This document shows positions 17,220 through 24,774 of a DNA stretch of 27,554 bases, piece after piece. Source of the DNA: Nitrososphaerota archaeon (lineage in GTDB: Archaea > Thermoproteota > Nitrososphaeria > PSMU01). Position 1 is the first letter of the stretch; each line of letters opens with the position of its first letter. The DNA is taken from positions 1 through 27,554 of the forward strand of contig PSMU01000006.1 in NCBI GenBank assembly GCA_040290255.1, given 5' to 3'. Position numbers and translations under genes: made by a program. The notes beneath the pieces were generated by a model. The model was given only the letters and a program-made list of their open reading frames with translations, ran no database searches and was not told the origin of the DNA.

Positions 17220-17300
17220 GTGAAGCACCGCCCTCCCCTTTCGGGCTAATAGGCTTACCGGTGGTAAAGGTTTTAAGGCGTCGGCGGCCACCGCCGCGAG

Positions 17301-17606
17301 ATGGAGTACATCTACGCGGCCCTCCTGCTTCACTCACTGGGCAAGGAGGTGGATGAGCCCTCGCTGAAGAAGGTGGTGGAGGCCGCGGGCGGCCAGCCCG
17401 ATGAGATAAGGATAAAGGCGCTGGTCGCGGCCCTGAAGAAGGTCAACATAGCCGAGGTGATCAAGGGGGCCACGGGGCTGGTTGCGGCCGCGCCCGCAGC
17501 GCCCCCGCCCGCGCCGCAGCCCGCGGCGGCGCCCGCGGAGAAGAAGGAGGAGGCCGAGGAGAAGAAGGAGGAGGCCATGGAGGGCCTCGCCGCCCTCTTC
17601 GGCTAG
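17301..17606 (+). CDS. rpl12: 50S ribosomal protein L12 (archaeal P1)
   Basis: [11 protein letters not shown], Ala/Pro hinge, acidic tail ending GLAALFG; TTTTAA at 17271-17276. Confidence 0.97.
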   Translation: MEYIYAALLLHSLGKEVDEPSLKKVVEAAGGQPDEIRIKALVAALKKVNIAEVIKGATGLVAAAPAAPPPAPQPAAAPAEKKEEAEEKKEEAMEGLAALFG

Positions 17607-17611
17607 GCCAT

Positions 17612-17842
17612 ATGAAGGTGCTGCACCTGATCATCAAGGGCGAGCCGTGCAGGGGCGAGGAGCTGCGCTCGCTGGCCCTCTCCCTGGGCGCGGTGGGCGC
17701 CACGGTATCGAAGGCCTACCTCTCCGACCCCAGCACGTACAGGCTGGGCCTCACCTTCCTCGACTCGGGCGCTCCTGACCTCAACTTGCTCAAGGAAAGG
17801 CTGGGCCAGGCGGGCTTCACGGTCGTCCAGCAGGTCCAATAG
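17612..17842 (+). CDS. Small hypothetical protein, possibly a degenerate HMA/ferredoxin-like fold
   Basis: Starts 5 nt after rpl12 with host-like codon usage; pattern LIIKGEPC...LKERLGQAGF resembles HMA domains but has only one Cys. Confidence 0.55.
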   Translation: MKVLHLIIKGEPCRGEELRSLALSLGAVGATVSKAYLSDPSTYRLGLTFLDSGAPDLNLLKERLGQAGFTVVQQVQ

Positions 17843-17846
17843 CCCT

Positions 17847-17885
17847 GAGGTAAATAATTACTACCTAGTATTGTTTTTATACCTC
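17847..17885 (+). promoter_or_regulatory. AT-rich promoter with nested inverted repeats upstream of the HxlR gene
   Basis: TTTTTATA at 17874-17881; GAGGTA...TACCTC, AGGTA-N9-TACCT and TACTA-CC-TAGTA. Confidence 0.55.
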
Positions 17886-17902
17886 TGCGGGCGGCCCTGG
17901 GC

Positions 17903-18214
17903 ATGGCGTGGGAGCGAGAAGGCGAATGGGATAGAGCCTATAGGGCCCTGAACGAGCTCTCCAGGGCCTGGATGCTGCCCGTGGTCCATGCGCTGGGCCA
18001 GCGGGGGCGCCTGAGGTTCAACGACCTGAAGAGGAGCCTGAGGGGCATATCCTCCACCTGCCTGGCGCAGAGGCTGAGGGAGCTGGAGAGGATGGGCCTG
18101 GTGGAGAGGAAGGTGAGGCCCGATAAGCCGCCCAGCGTGGAGTACGCGTTGACCAAGAGGGGCCATAGCCTCTTCTCACGCCTCAGCGCGCTGGCCGAAT
18201 GGGCAAGGGCCTAG
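17903..18214 (+). CDS. HxlR-family winged-helix transcription regulator
   Basis: W.L.V...L...G.LRFNDLKRSL.GIS...L.QRLRELE..GLV.R......PP.VEY.LT.RG. Confidence 0.92.
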   Translation: MAWEREGEWDRAYRALNELSRAWMLPVVHALGQRGRLRFNDLKRSLRGISSTCLAQRLRELERMGLVERKVRPDKPPSVEYALTKRGHSLFSRLSALAEWARA

Positions 18215-18337
18215 GCCTGGCGCCCTGGCCTCTCTTTGGCACCTTCCCGCCGCGGGGGCGGCCGGCGAGCTCTCCGGGCAGGTATCTCTCCTCGCGGGCC
18301 CGTGGTGCTAGGGCCCGGGAGCCCCTGCGCCCACGGG

Positions 18338-19051
18338 CTAAGCTGCTCCTCCCAGCAGCGGCGCCACATCCTCCTCGCCCACCCCGAGGTTCTTCGCGAT
18401 CAGCTCGGCCGAGAGGCCGGGCTGGGAGGCCCGCGCGGCCGCCACCAGCTCCCTAAGGTAATGGGCATAGGTCTTGGACTCCTGCGCCTGCCAGGCCTCC
18501 TCGAAGCGCTCCCTGAGCAGGATCGCTAGGCTCTCCGACGGAATGGTGTAGCCCTTGCGCGTGGGCTCATCCCTTCCCTTCCTGCCGGGCACGCCCACGA
18601 TCACGAGCCTGTCATCGACGCACATATACCTCATATCGCTGACGAGCACCGAAGGGCTGAACTTGACCTCCGCCCCCGCCTCCCTGTAGCGCCGGGCCAT
18701 CCTCAGCCTGTCGGGCGCCAGCGGGAGCAGGTAGCGCACCCTAACCCCCCTGCGGCAGGCCTCCGAAACGGCCTCCAGCACCTTCTGCACCACCTCCGCC
18801 TCCTCGGGCCCCGGCATGCTCCCCGTGACGCTCCCGAAGACCTGCTCCTCCGCCTTCTGCAGCGCCTCTATGACGGCCACAAAGTACTCCTGCCTAGAGA
18901 TGGCGTCCGCCACCGAGGTAAACCTCCTCATCATCAGCTCCCTGGACCTGATCTCCCTCCTGTTCAGCATGAGCAGCAGCACCGTGGCCCCTAAGAGCAC
19001 CAGCTCCACGGCCGCGAGCACCAGCTGGAAGGCGGTGGGCTCCTGGGCCAC
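18338..19051 (-). CDS. Membrane-anchored protein with a TrmB/PLD-like domain and a possible C-terminal HTH
   Basis: N-terminal hydrophobic helix; A..RGVRVRYLLP, RYMCVDD...I.G and F...W PLD-fold patterns; LSAELIAKNLGV.EEDV at the C-terminus. Confidence 0.65.
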   Translation of the reverse strand: MAQEPTAFQLVLAAVELVLLGATVLLLMLNRREIRSRELMMRRFTSVADAISRQEYFVAVIEALQKAEEQVFGSVTGSMPGPEEAEVVQKVLEAVSEACRRGVRVRYLLPLAPDRLRMARRYREAGAEVKFSPSVLVSDMRYMCVDDRLVIVGVPGRKGRDEPTRKGYTIPSESLAILLRERFEEAWQAQESKTYAHYLRELVAAARASQPGLSAELIAKNLGVGEEDVAPLLGGAA

Positions 19052-19081
19052 GCGTGGCGAGCTAAGGCGCCATATTAAACC

Positions 19082-19981
19082 CTAATACACGCGCGCCTCC
19101 GCCGCCTCGGCGATGATGCGGTTGCCGTCCGGGTCGCTCAGCGCGAGCGCCTCTGCCCCGGTCCCCAGGCCCTCGGTGCGCTCGTAGGCGAGCCCCAGCT
19201 CCCTCAAGTGGGCCTCCAGCGCCTCGAGGCCCTGGCGCGAGAGGCGCAGCGAGAAGGCCCTGAGCTGCACGGAGTTAGGAGGCGGAGGAGGGGCGCCCCT
19301 GCCCGCCCAGACATTGAGGCCCACGTGGTGATGGTAGCCTCCCGCCGAGAGGAAGGAGGCCCCGTGCCATCGCAGCTTCACCTCCAACCCCAGGACATGC
19401 TCGTAGAAGCGCTCCGAGCGTTGCAGGTCCGAGACATGCAGATGAATGTGCCCCAGGCGCGCCCCGGGCAGCCTCCAGGCCTCGGAGAGCGCCTCCTTCG
19501 CGGGCCCGCCCCTTAGCTCGGCCAGCGGTGTGTCGAGGTCCAGCGGAAGCGTGGCCATCCTCAACATGCCCTCCTCCGTGGGCCACTGCTCCCTGGGCCT
19601 ATCGCGGCAGAGCTCAATGCCGTGCCCGTCGGGGTCCTCGAGGTAAACGGCCTCGCTGACCAAGTGATCCGAAGCCCCCTGCAGCTCCCAGTGCCTGAGC
19701 AGCCTCAGCGCCAGCTGCGCCAGGAGCTGCCTGCTGGGGAGCAGGACGGCGAAGTGGTACAGGCCGCGGGCCCAGGGCGGCTTACGGCCGGCGCCCTCCT
19801 GCTCCGTGAGGATCAGCAGGGGGCTAGCATCATCGCCCGCGCCCAGCAGCAGGCCCTCGCCCGAGCTGCCAAGAACCCTGAGGCCCATGATGCCCTCGTA
19901 GAAGGAGAGGGAGCGCTGAAGGCTCGAGACGGTCAGGTGAACCCAGCCGAGGGAGGCCCGGGGCTCCAGCCTAAAGCTCAT
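19082..19981 (-). CDS. VOC-family two-domain protein, CatE (catechol 2,3-dioxygenase)-like
   Basis: VHLTV, GLYHFA.LLP, GASDHLVSEA.YL.DPDG.GIE, GHIHLHV, FLSAGGYHHH.GLN.W; start moved to ATG 19981. Confidence 0.88.
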   Translation of the reverse strand: MSFRLEPRASLGWVHLTVSSLQRSLSFYEGIMGLRVLGSSGEGLLLGAGDDASPLLILTEQEGAGRKPPWARGLYHFAVLLPSRQLLAQLALRLLRHWELQGASDHLVSEAVYLEDPDGHGIELCRDRPREQWPTEEGMLRMATLPLDLDTPLAELRGGPAKEALSEAWRLPGARLGHIHLHVSDLQRSERFYEHVLGLEVKLRWHGASFLSAGGYHHHVGLNVWAGRGAPPPPPNSVQLRAFSLRLSRQGLEALEAHLRELGLAYERTEGLGTGAEALALSDPDGNRIIAEAAEARVY

Positions 19982-20342
19982 GGAGCTGCTGCGGCGGCGC
20001 CCCCCCTGCATAGGCGTAGCTCACGAGCGCGAGGCCGTGGACCGTGAAGAGGTCCTCCTCATCCCTGGGCGCGTAAACGAGCACATGGCCAGGGGGAAGG
20101 ATGCCCTCGGCCAGTGCCCTGGGGTTGGGGGGCACGAGCAGGCCGCTGCCGGCGCGCCTTACCAGGCTCACGGCGCCGTTCCCATCGGCGGCCGCCACCG
20201 CCTTAGGCGTGCCCGCGGCCATCGCCTCCGGCGTGGCGATGCTCTGCCCCTCCCTCTCGGAGGGAAGGACGTAGATGTACGCGCCCGCCAGCTTCTTCAT
20301 CAGCTCGCCATCGGGCAGGGGGCCCAGGAAGCGCACGCGGCC
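19971..20342 (-). pseudogene. Chimeric remnant: GT4 glycosyltransferase C-terminal fragment joined to a DUF5519-like C-terminus
   Basis: GRVRFLG...VLPS.REG......EAMAAGTP...G.LVPP....LAE.I is the GT4 C-domain with no N-domain; it continues into PPGHVLVYAPRDEEDL...SY.YA. Confidence 0.65.
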
Positions 20343-20423
20343 CGTCGGAGGGGGGGCTGACTTAGCTCTAGAGCTTAGAACGAGGAAGGATAAATAAGGG
20401 GCGAGGCGCGTTTTAGATGAACG

Positions 20424-21476
20424 ATGGCGAGGGTGCTCAAGGTGAACCCCCTGGAGCCGGAGGCGGGGCCCATCTCGGAGGCGGCCAGGGCGATAAGGAA
20501 TGGCCAGCTGGTGGCCTTTCCCACCGAGACGGTCTACGGGCTGGGGGCCGATGCGCTAAATGCGCGGGCCGTAAGGAGGATCTTCGAGGTGAAGCGCAGG
20601 CCGCCCGACAACCCCATCATCGTGCACATCTCCGAGCTGGAGCAGCTGCGGTTTGTGGCCGAGGAGGTGCCGGCGGAGGCCGAGCGGTTGGCCAGGAAGT
20701 TCTGGCCGGGCCCCCTCACGCTCGTGCTCAGGAGGAGCGAGCGCATCCCGCCCGAGGTCTCCGCGGGCCTGCACACCGTGGCCGTCAGGATGCCCGCGCA
20801 CAGGGTCGCCCTCGCCCTCATACGGGAGGCCGGCACGCCCATCGCCGCCCCCAGCGCAAACCTGGCCACGAGGCCCAGCCCCACGAGGGCCGAGCACGTG
20901 CTGCAGGACATAGGCTCCGAGGTGGAGCTCATCCTCGACGGCGGGGAGACGCCCCTGGGCGTGGAATCCACGGTGCTGAGCCTCGTCTCGGAGCCCCCCC
21001 TGCTGCTGCGCCCGGGCGCCGTGACGCTGGAGGAGCTGAGGGAGGAGCTGGGCCGCGTGGAGCTGAGCGAGGCCGCAAGGGCCGAGCGGCCCTTCGAGGG
21101 AAAGGCGGAGGCGCCCGGCATGAAGTACAGGCACTATGCCCCTCGCGCGCAGCTCGTGGTGGTCGAGGGCGAGCCCGGGCGCGTCGAGGAGAAGCTGGCC
21201 CTGCTCGCGAAGTGCGCCCTTCAGGAGGGCAGGAGGGTGGGGGTGCTGGCCACGGACCAGGCCCTGCCCCTTTGCCCGGAGGGCGTGGTGATCGCTGCGC
21301 TGGGCGACAGGCGAGATCCCAAGGCCCTGGCCCACAACCTCTACCAGAGGCTCAGGGAGCTGGACAGCAGCGGCGTGGAGGTGATCTTCGCGGAGGGCTT
21401 CCCGCTCGAGGGGCTCTATCTGGCGCTGGCCAACAGGCTGAGGAAGGCCGCGGGCTATGTAATCGTGAGGGCCTAG
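20424..21476 (+). CDS. sua5: L-threonylcarbamoyladenylate synthase Sua5 (YrdC plus SUA5 domains)
   Basis: VAFPTETVYGLGA, K.RP.DNP.IVH, FWPGPLT, AAPSAN, G.ESTV, PGMKYRHYAP, NRL.KAA. Confidence 0.96.
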   Translation: MARVLKVNPLEPEAGPISEAARAIRNGQLVAFPTETVYGLGADALNARAVRRIFEVKRRPPDNPIIVHISELEQLRFVAEEVPAEAERLARKFWPGPLTLVLRRSERIPPEVSAGLHTVAVRMPAHRVALALIREAGTPIAAPSANLATRPSPTRAEHVLQDIGSEVELILDGGETPLGVESTVLSLVSEPPLLLRPGAVTLEELREELGRVELSEAARAERPFEGKAEAPGMKYRHYAPRAQLVVVEGEPGRVEEKLALLAKCALQEGRRVGVLATDQALPLCPEGVVIAALGDRRDPKALAHNLYQRLRELDSSGVEVIFAEGFPLEGLYLALANRLRKAAGYVIVRA

Positions 21477-21491
21477 CGAGAAGTTTTTAAG

Positions 21492-22820
21492 ATGGATGTT
21501 CGCCCAAGGCACAAGAGCTTGGCGAGGGAGGAGCTAGCCGCGCTGCTCGAGCTGGGCAGGGCCCAGTATGCGGACCTTAGCCTTGTGAGCAGCGAGGAGC
21601 ATAGGGTCTCCATCAGGGCCGGCATCGTGGAGTCCTCCCGACGCCGCGAGGCGAGGGTCATCGCTAGGGCCGTGGAGGGCAACTACGGCATCTCCTCCTC
21701 GGACTTCTCCTCGCTGGAGGATGCGAAGAAGTGCCTGGAGGAGGCCGTGAAGAGGGCCTCCTTGGGAAGCAGGGAGCTGCGGCTCAAGAGCGTGAAGCCG
21801 CAGGAGGGCGAGGTCGTGGCCAAGTATGAAGTTAGCGAGGAGGAGATGGAGCGGCTGGGCCGGGAGCTCGAGCGGCTGCTGCAGCAGCTGGCGGGGCCCC
21901 GCTACAGATCCAGCGAGCTCTCCATCTACAGCCAGTACGTGGACAGGGAGCTGGTCACCTCCGAGGGGACCAGGATAAGGGAGGCGCTCCCCTTCACGGA
22001 CCTCGTGGTGAGCGTCACGGTGCGGGACCTCAACGAGGGCAGCGCCAGCCAGGCGGTGGGGGGCCTGGGCGGCCTGGAGGCGGTGTGGCAGAGGGCCTGG
22101 CCCGAGCTCTTGGCCGATATGGTGAGGAGGGCGCTGGACGCGGCCAGGGGAAGGCTCCTCTCCCCCCTGCTCAGGGGCCTGCCGCTACAGGTGATCCTGG
22201 ACGAGGCGGCCGGCGCGAGCCTGGCCCATGAGCTTGCCCACCTTTTGGAGGGGGATGCGAGGAGGGCCGAGGGCTGGAAGGTGCCGGAGGGGTTCGAGCT
22301 GGTCGATAACCCCGCGCTGCCCCACTCCTACGGCTACAGGGTCTGGGATGATGAGGGCGTGAGGGCCCAGGTGAAGACCCTGCTGAGCCCCCAGGCCTCC
22401 AACGCGCTGCATACGAGGCTCACCGCGGGCGAGCTGGAGGAGCCGGGCAACGCCAGGGGCCTGGAGCACGTGCCCATCCCCCTGTTCAGCAACGTCTACG
22501 TGAGGCCCGGGGATTGGAGGAGGGATGAAGTAATAGAGGAGACCAGGAGGGGGTTGCTGGTCAGGGGCGTCATCAGGGCCGAGGTGGACCTCCGGGATGG
22601 CAGGTTCGAGCTCGTGCCCGAAGTGGCCTATCTCGTGGAGAGAGGCGAGCTCAAGGAGCCCCTGAGGAACGTGAAGGTGGGCGGGTATGTGAAGGAGCTC
22701 GTGAGGTCCATCTCCGCGCTGGGCAAGGTGGTGCAGATGAGGCCCAACCTGGAAAGGGGCTTCAGGGTGGGCGAGGGCGCGCCCTATATGCGCGTGGACG
22801 CGATGCGCGTCCTTGCCTAG
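21492..22820 (+). CDS. TldD/PmbA-family protein (TldD-like)
   Basis: TSEGT, HELAHLLEGD, DNP....YG...DDEGV, GNARG, SN.Y..PG. Confidence 0.8.
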   Translation: MDVRPRHKSLAREELAALLELGRAQYADLSLVSSEEHRVSIRAGIVESSRRREARVIARAVEGNYGISSSDFSSLEDAKKCLEEAVKRASLGSRELRLKSVKPQEGEVVAKYEVSEEEMERLGRELERLLQQLAGPRYRSSELSIYSQYVDRELVTSEGTRIREALPFTDLVVSVTVRDLNEGSASQAVGGLGGLEAVWQRAWPELLADMVRRALDAARGRLLSPLLRGLPLQVILDEAAGASLAHELAHLLEGDARRAEGWKVPEGFELVDNPALPHSYGYRVWDDEGVRAQVKTLLSPQASNALHTRLTAGELEEPGNARGLEHVPIPLFSNVYVRPGDWRRDEVIEETRRGLLVRGVIRAEVDLRDGRFELVPEVAYLVERGELKEPLRNVKVGGYVKELVRSISALGKVVQMRPNLERGFRVGEGAPYMRVDAMRVLA

Positions 22821-23248
22821 TAGGGCGGCGCCTGCAGCCTGGCTATCTGGGCCGAGACCTTATCTACATACTCCTTAAGCCTTGCCAAGATGGTGCGCGC
22901 CGTGACCACGCCCAGGAGCCTCTCGCCCTCGAAGACGAGCACCCTCCTGATCCCCCTGTTGGCCATTAGCTGCGCCACTTCATCCAAGGAGGCCCGCGCG
23001 TCGATGCCCACGAGCCGAGCGCTCATCATCTCGCGCAGCTTCACTTCGCCCGGGCTCCTCCCCTCGCCCAGCACCTTCTCTATGAAGTCCCACTCCGTCA
23101 CGATGCCCAGCGGCCTTCCCTCCGGCGAGGCCACGATCGCGAAGCCATGCCGCTTCTCCTTCATCACCCTTGCCGCGCGCTCGGCCGTCTCCTCGGGCCC
23201 GAGCGTGATGTAGTCCTTCTCCGCCAGCTCCTTGGCCGTTATGGGCAC
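22817..23248 (-). CDS. CBS-pair domain protein
   Basis: AA..M......A.V....GIVTE.D...EMMS...A..M....IRR..V.....L.GVVT. Confidence 0.9.
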   Translation of the reverse strand: MPITAKELAEKDYITLGPEETAERAARVMKEKRHGFAIVASPEGRPLGIVTEWDFIEKVLGEGRSPGEVKLREMMSARLVGIDARASLDEVAQLMANRGIRRVLVFEGERLLGVVTARTILARLKEYVDKVSAQIARLQAPPY

Positions 23249-23278
23249 GCGGGGCCTTCCGAGCGCGCCCTGATAACT

Positions 23279-24688
23279 TTATGCGGCCCTGGCGCCCCTG
23301 AGCGAGGAGGGGATGGCCGCGGCGAAGCTGAGAACCGCCATCAGCAGGAAGGCCCTCTCCATCGCCCTCAGGAAGAGCGAGGCCTCCAGCGAGGGGCTTG
23401 AGGCGGGGAGGCCGGCGAAGATGGCCTGCAGCACCGGCAGGGGGACGCTGGAGGCCAAGATGGCGAAGACGAGGCTGAGGCTCAGCAGGATGCCCACGTT
23501 CACGAGCGTCGAGGACATGCCCGATGCCACGCCCCTCCTCTGCACCGGGACCGAGCTCATGATGGAGCTCACGTTGGGCGCCACGAAGAGGCCCGAGCCG
23601 ATGCCGGCCAGCACCATCGGGGGCAATAGGCCGCGATAGCTGGGCAGGCCCGGGAGCAGCGAGAACCAGAGCAGCGCCAGGCCTGATAGCAGGAGCCCCG
23701 CCGTGCTGAGGCCCCTGGCCCCGTACTTGTCCGAAAGGTAGCCGCTGACGGGGCCCGCGGCGACGAAGGCCAGCGAGAAGGGGATGAGCAGCAGGCCCGC
23801 CGTGAGCGGATCATAGCCCAAGATGCCCTGCAGGTAGACGACCAGCAGGAGCGAAATGCCCCCGCGCGCTATGGAGGCCAGCAGGTTGCTCAGGATGCCC
23901 GCGGCGAAGGCCCTTATCCTGAAGAGGCTCAGGTCCATCATAGGGCTGGGGGCGCGCGCCTCGGCCAGCGCGAACCCCGTTAATGAGAGGGCGCCCAGCA
24001 GCAGGAGCCGGTACTCGCCCGAGCCCCAGCCCGTCAGCGCGCCGAGCGTCAGGCCCAGGAGAAGCGAGAGCAGGCCGAGGGCGAAGAGCACGTTGCCGAG
24101 CAGGTCGAGCCGCTCCTGCCCCCTTGCGCCGGCCACCTCCCTCAGCCTGCTCCTCGCCCAGGCGGTCGCGAAGGCCCCGACGGGCACGTTGATCCAGAAG
24201 ATGGACCTCCAGCCCAAGAGCGAGGTGAGCACGCCGCCCAGCACCAGCCCCATGACGGAGCCCGTGATGCCCGCCACCTGGTTGATGCCGATGGCCCTGC
24301 CCCTCTCCGTGATGGGGAAGGCATCGGTGATCAGCGCGGCGTTGTTGGAGAAGACGAGCGCTCCCCCGGCGCCCTGCACCAGCCTGAAGAGCACCAGCAG
24401 GAGCCCGTTGGGGGCCAGGCTGCAGAGGCCCGAGCCCAGCGTGAAGGCGAGGAAGCCCAGCGTGTAGAGCCTCACCCTCCCGTACATGTCCGAGAGCCTC
24501 CCGAAGCTCAGCAGCAGGACGGCTGATATGAGCACGTAGCCCATGATCACCCAGACGGCCAGCAGGGGGGTCATGCCGGGCAGCTCCCTCAGCATCGTGG
24601 GCAGCGAGATCAGCACTATGTTGGAGTCGAGGAAGAACATGAAGCCGCCCAGGGTGGTGTTCGTGAGCACCACGTACTTGTACTGCAT
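23279..24688 (-). CDS. MFS transporter, DHA2 (EmrB/QacA-like) family
   Basis: D.NIV.ISLP, GRLSD.YGR, FR.VQG.GG, WR.IF.INVP.G, P..DL.LF; about 14 TM helices. Confidence 0.9.
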   Translation of the reverse strand: MQYKYVVLTNTTLGGFMFFLDSNIVLISLPTMLRELPGMTPLLAVWVIMGYVLISAVLLLSFGRLSDMYGRVRLYTLGFLAFTLGSGLCSLAPNGLLLVLFRLVQGAGGALVFSNNAALITDAFPITERGRAIGINQVAGITGSVMGLVLGGVLTSLLGWRSIFWINVPVGAFATAWARSRLREVAGARGQERLDLLGNVLFALGLLSLLLGLTLGALTGWGSGEYRLLLLGALSLTGFALAEARAPSPMMDLSLFRIRAFAAGILSNLLASIARGGISLLLVVYLQGILGYDPLTAGLLLIPFSLAFVAAGPVSGYLSDKYGARGLSTAGLLLSGLALLWFSLLPGLPSYRGLLPPMVLAGIGSGLFVAPNVSSIMSSVPVQRRGVASGMSSTLVNVGILLSLSLVFAILASSVPLPVLQAIFAGLPASSPSLEASLFLRAMERAFLLMAVLSFAAAIPSSLRGARAA

Positions 24689-24740
24689 CCGCGCCGGCCT
24701 GAGGCGGGGGCCTTATACGCGCTCCGCGGGCCCGTCAAGC

Positions 24741-24770
24741 TTATAAAGCATAATCGAACATATGTTCGAT
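24741..24770 (+). promoter_or_regulatory. TATA box followed by a perfect 18-bp palindromic operator candidate
   Basis: TTATAAA at 24741-24747; ATCGAACATATGTTCGAT at 24753-24770, 4 nt before the ATG. Confidence 0.75.
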
Positions 24771-24774
24771 AAAC

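Noticed and set aside
18215-18337. GC-rich intergenic stretch with AAGGTGCCAA on the minus strand (SAM-I riboswitch-like), a GGGCCC hairpin, a tRNA-like GGGCCCGTGG start and a weak EERYL peptide
   Set aside because: Other riboswitch core elements and tRNA arms are missing, it lies between convergent gene ends, and the peptide similarity is too short to call
20364-20375. 12-bp palindrome AGCTCTAGAGCT upstream of sua5
   Set aside because: Single short occurrence beside a deletion scar with no supporting context
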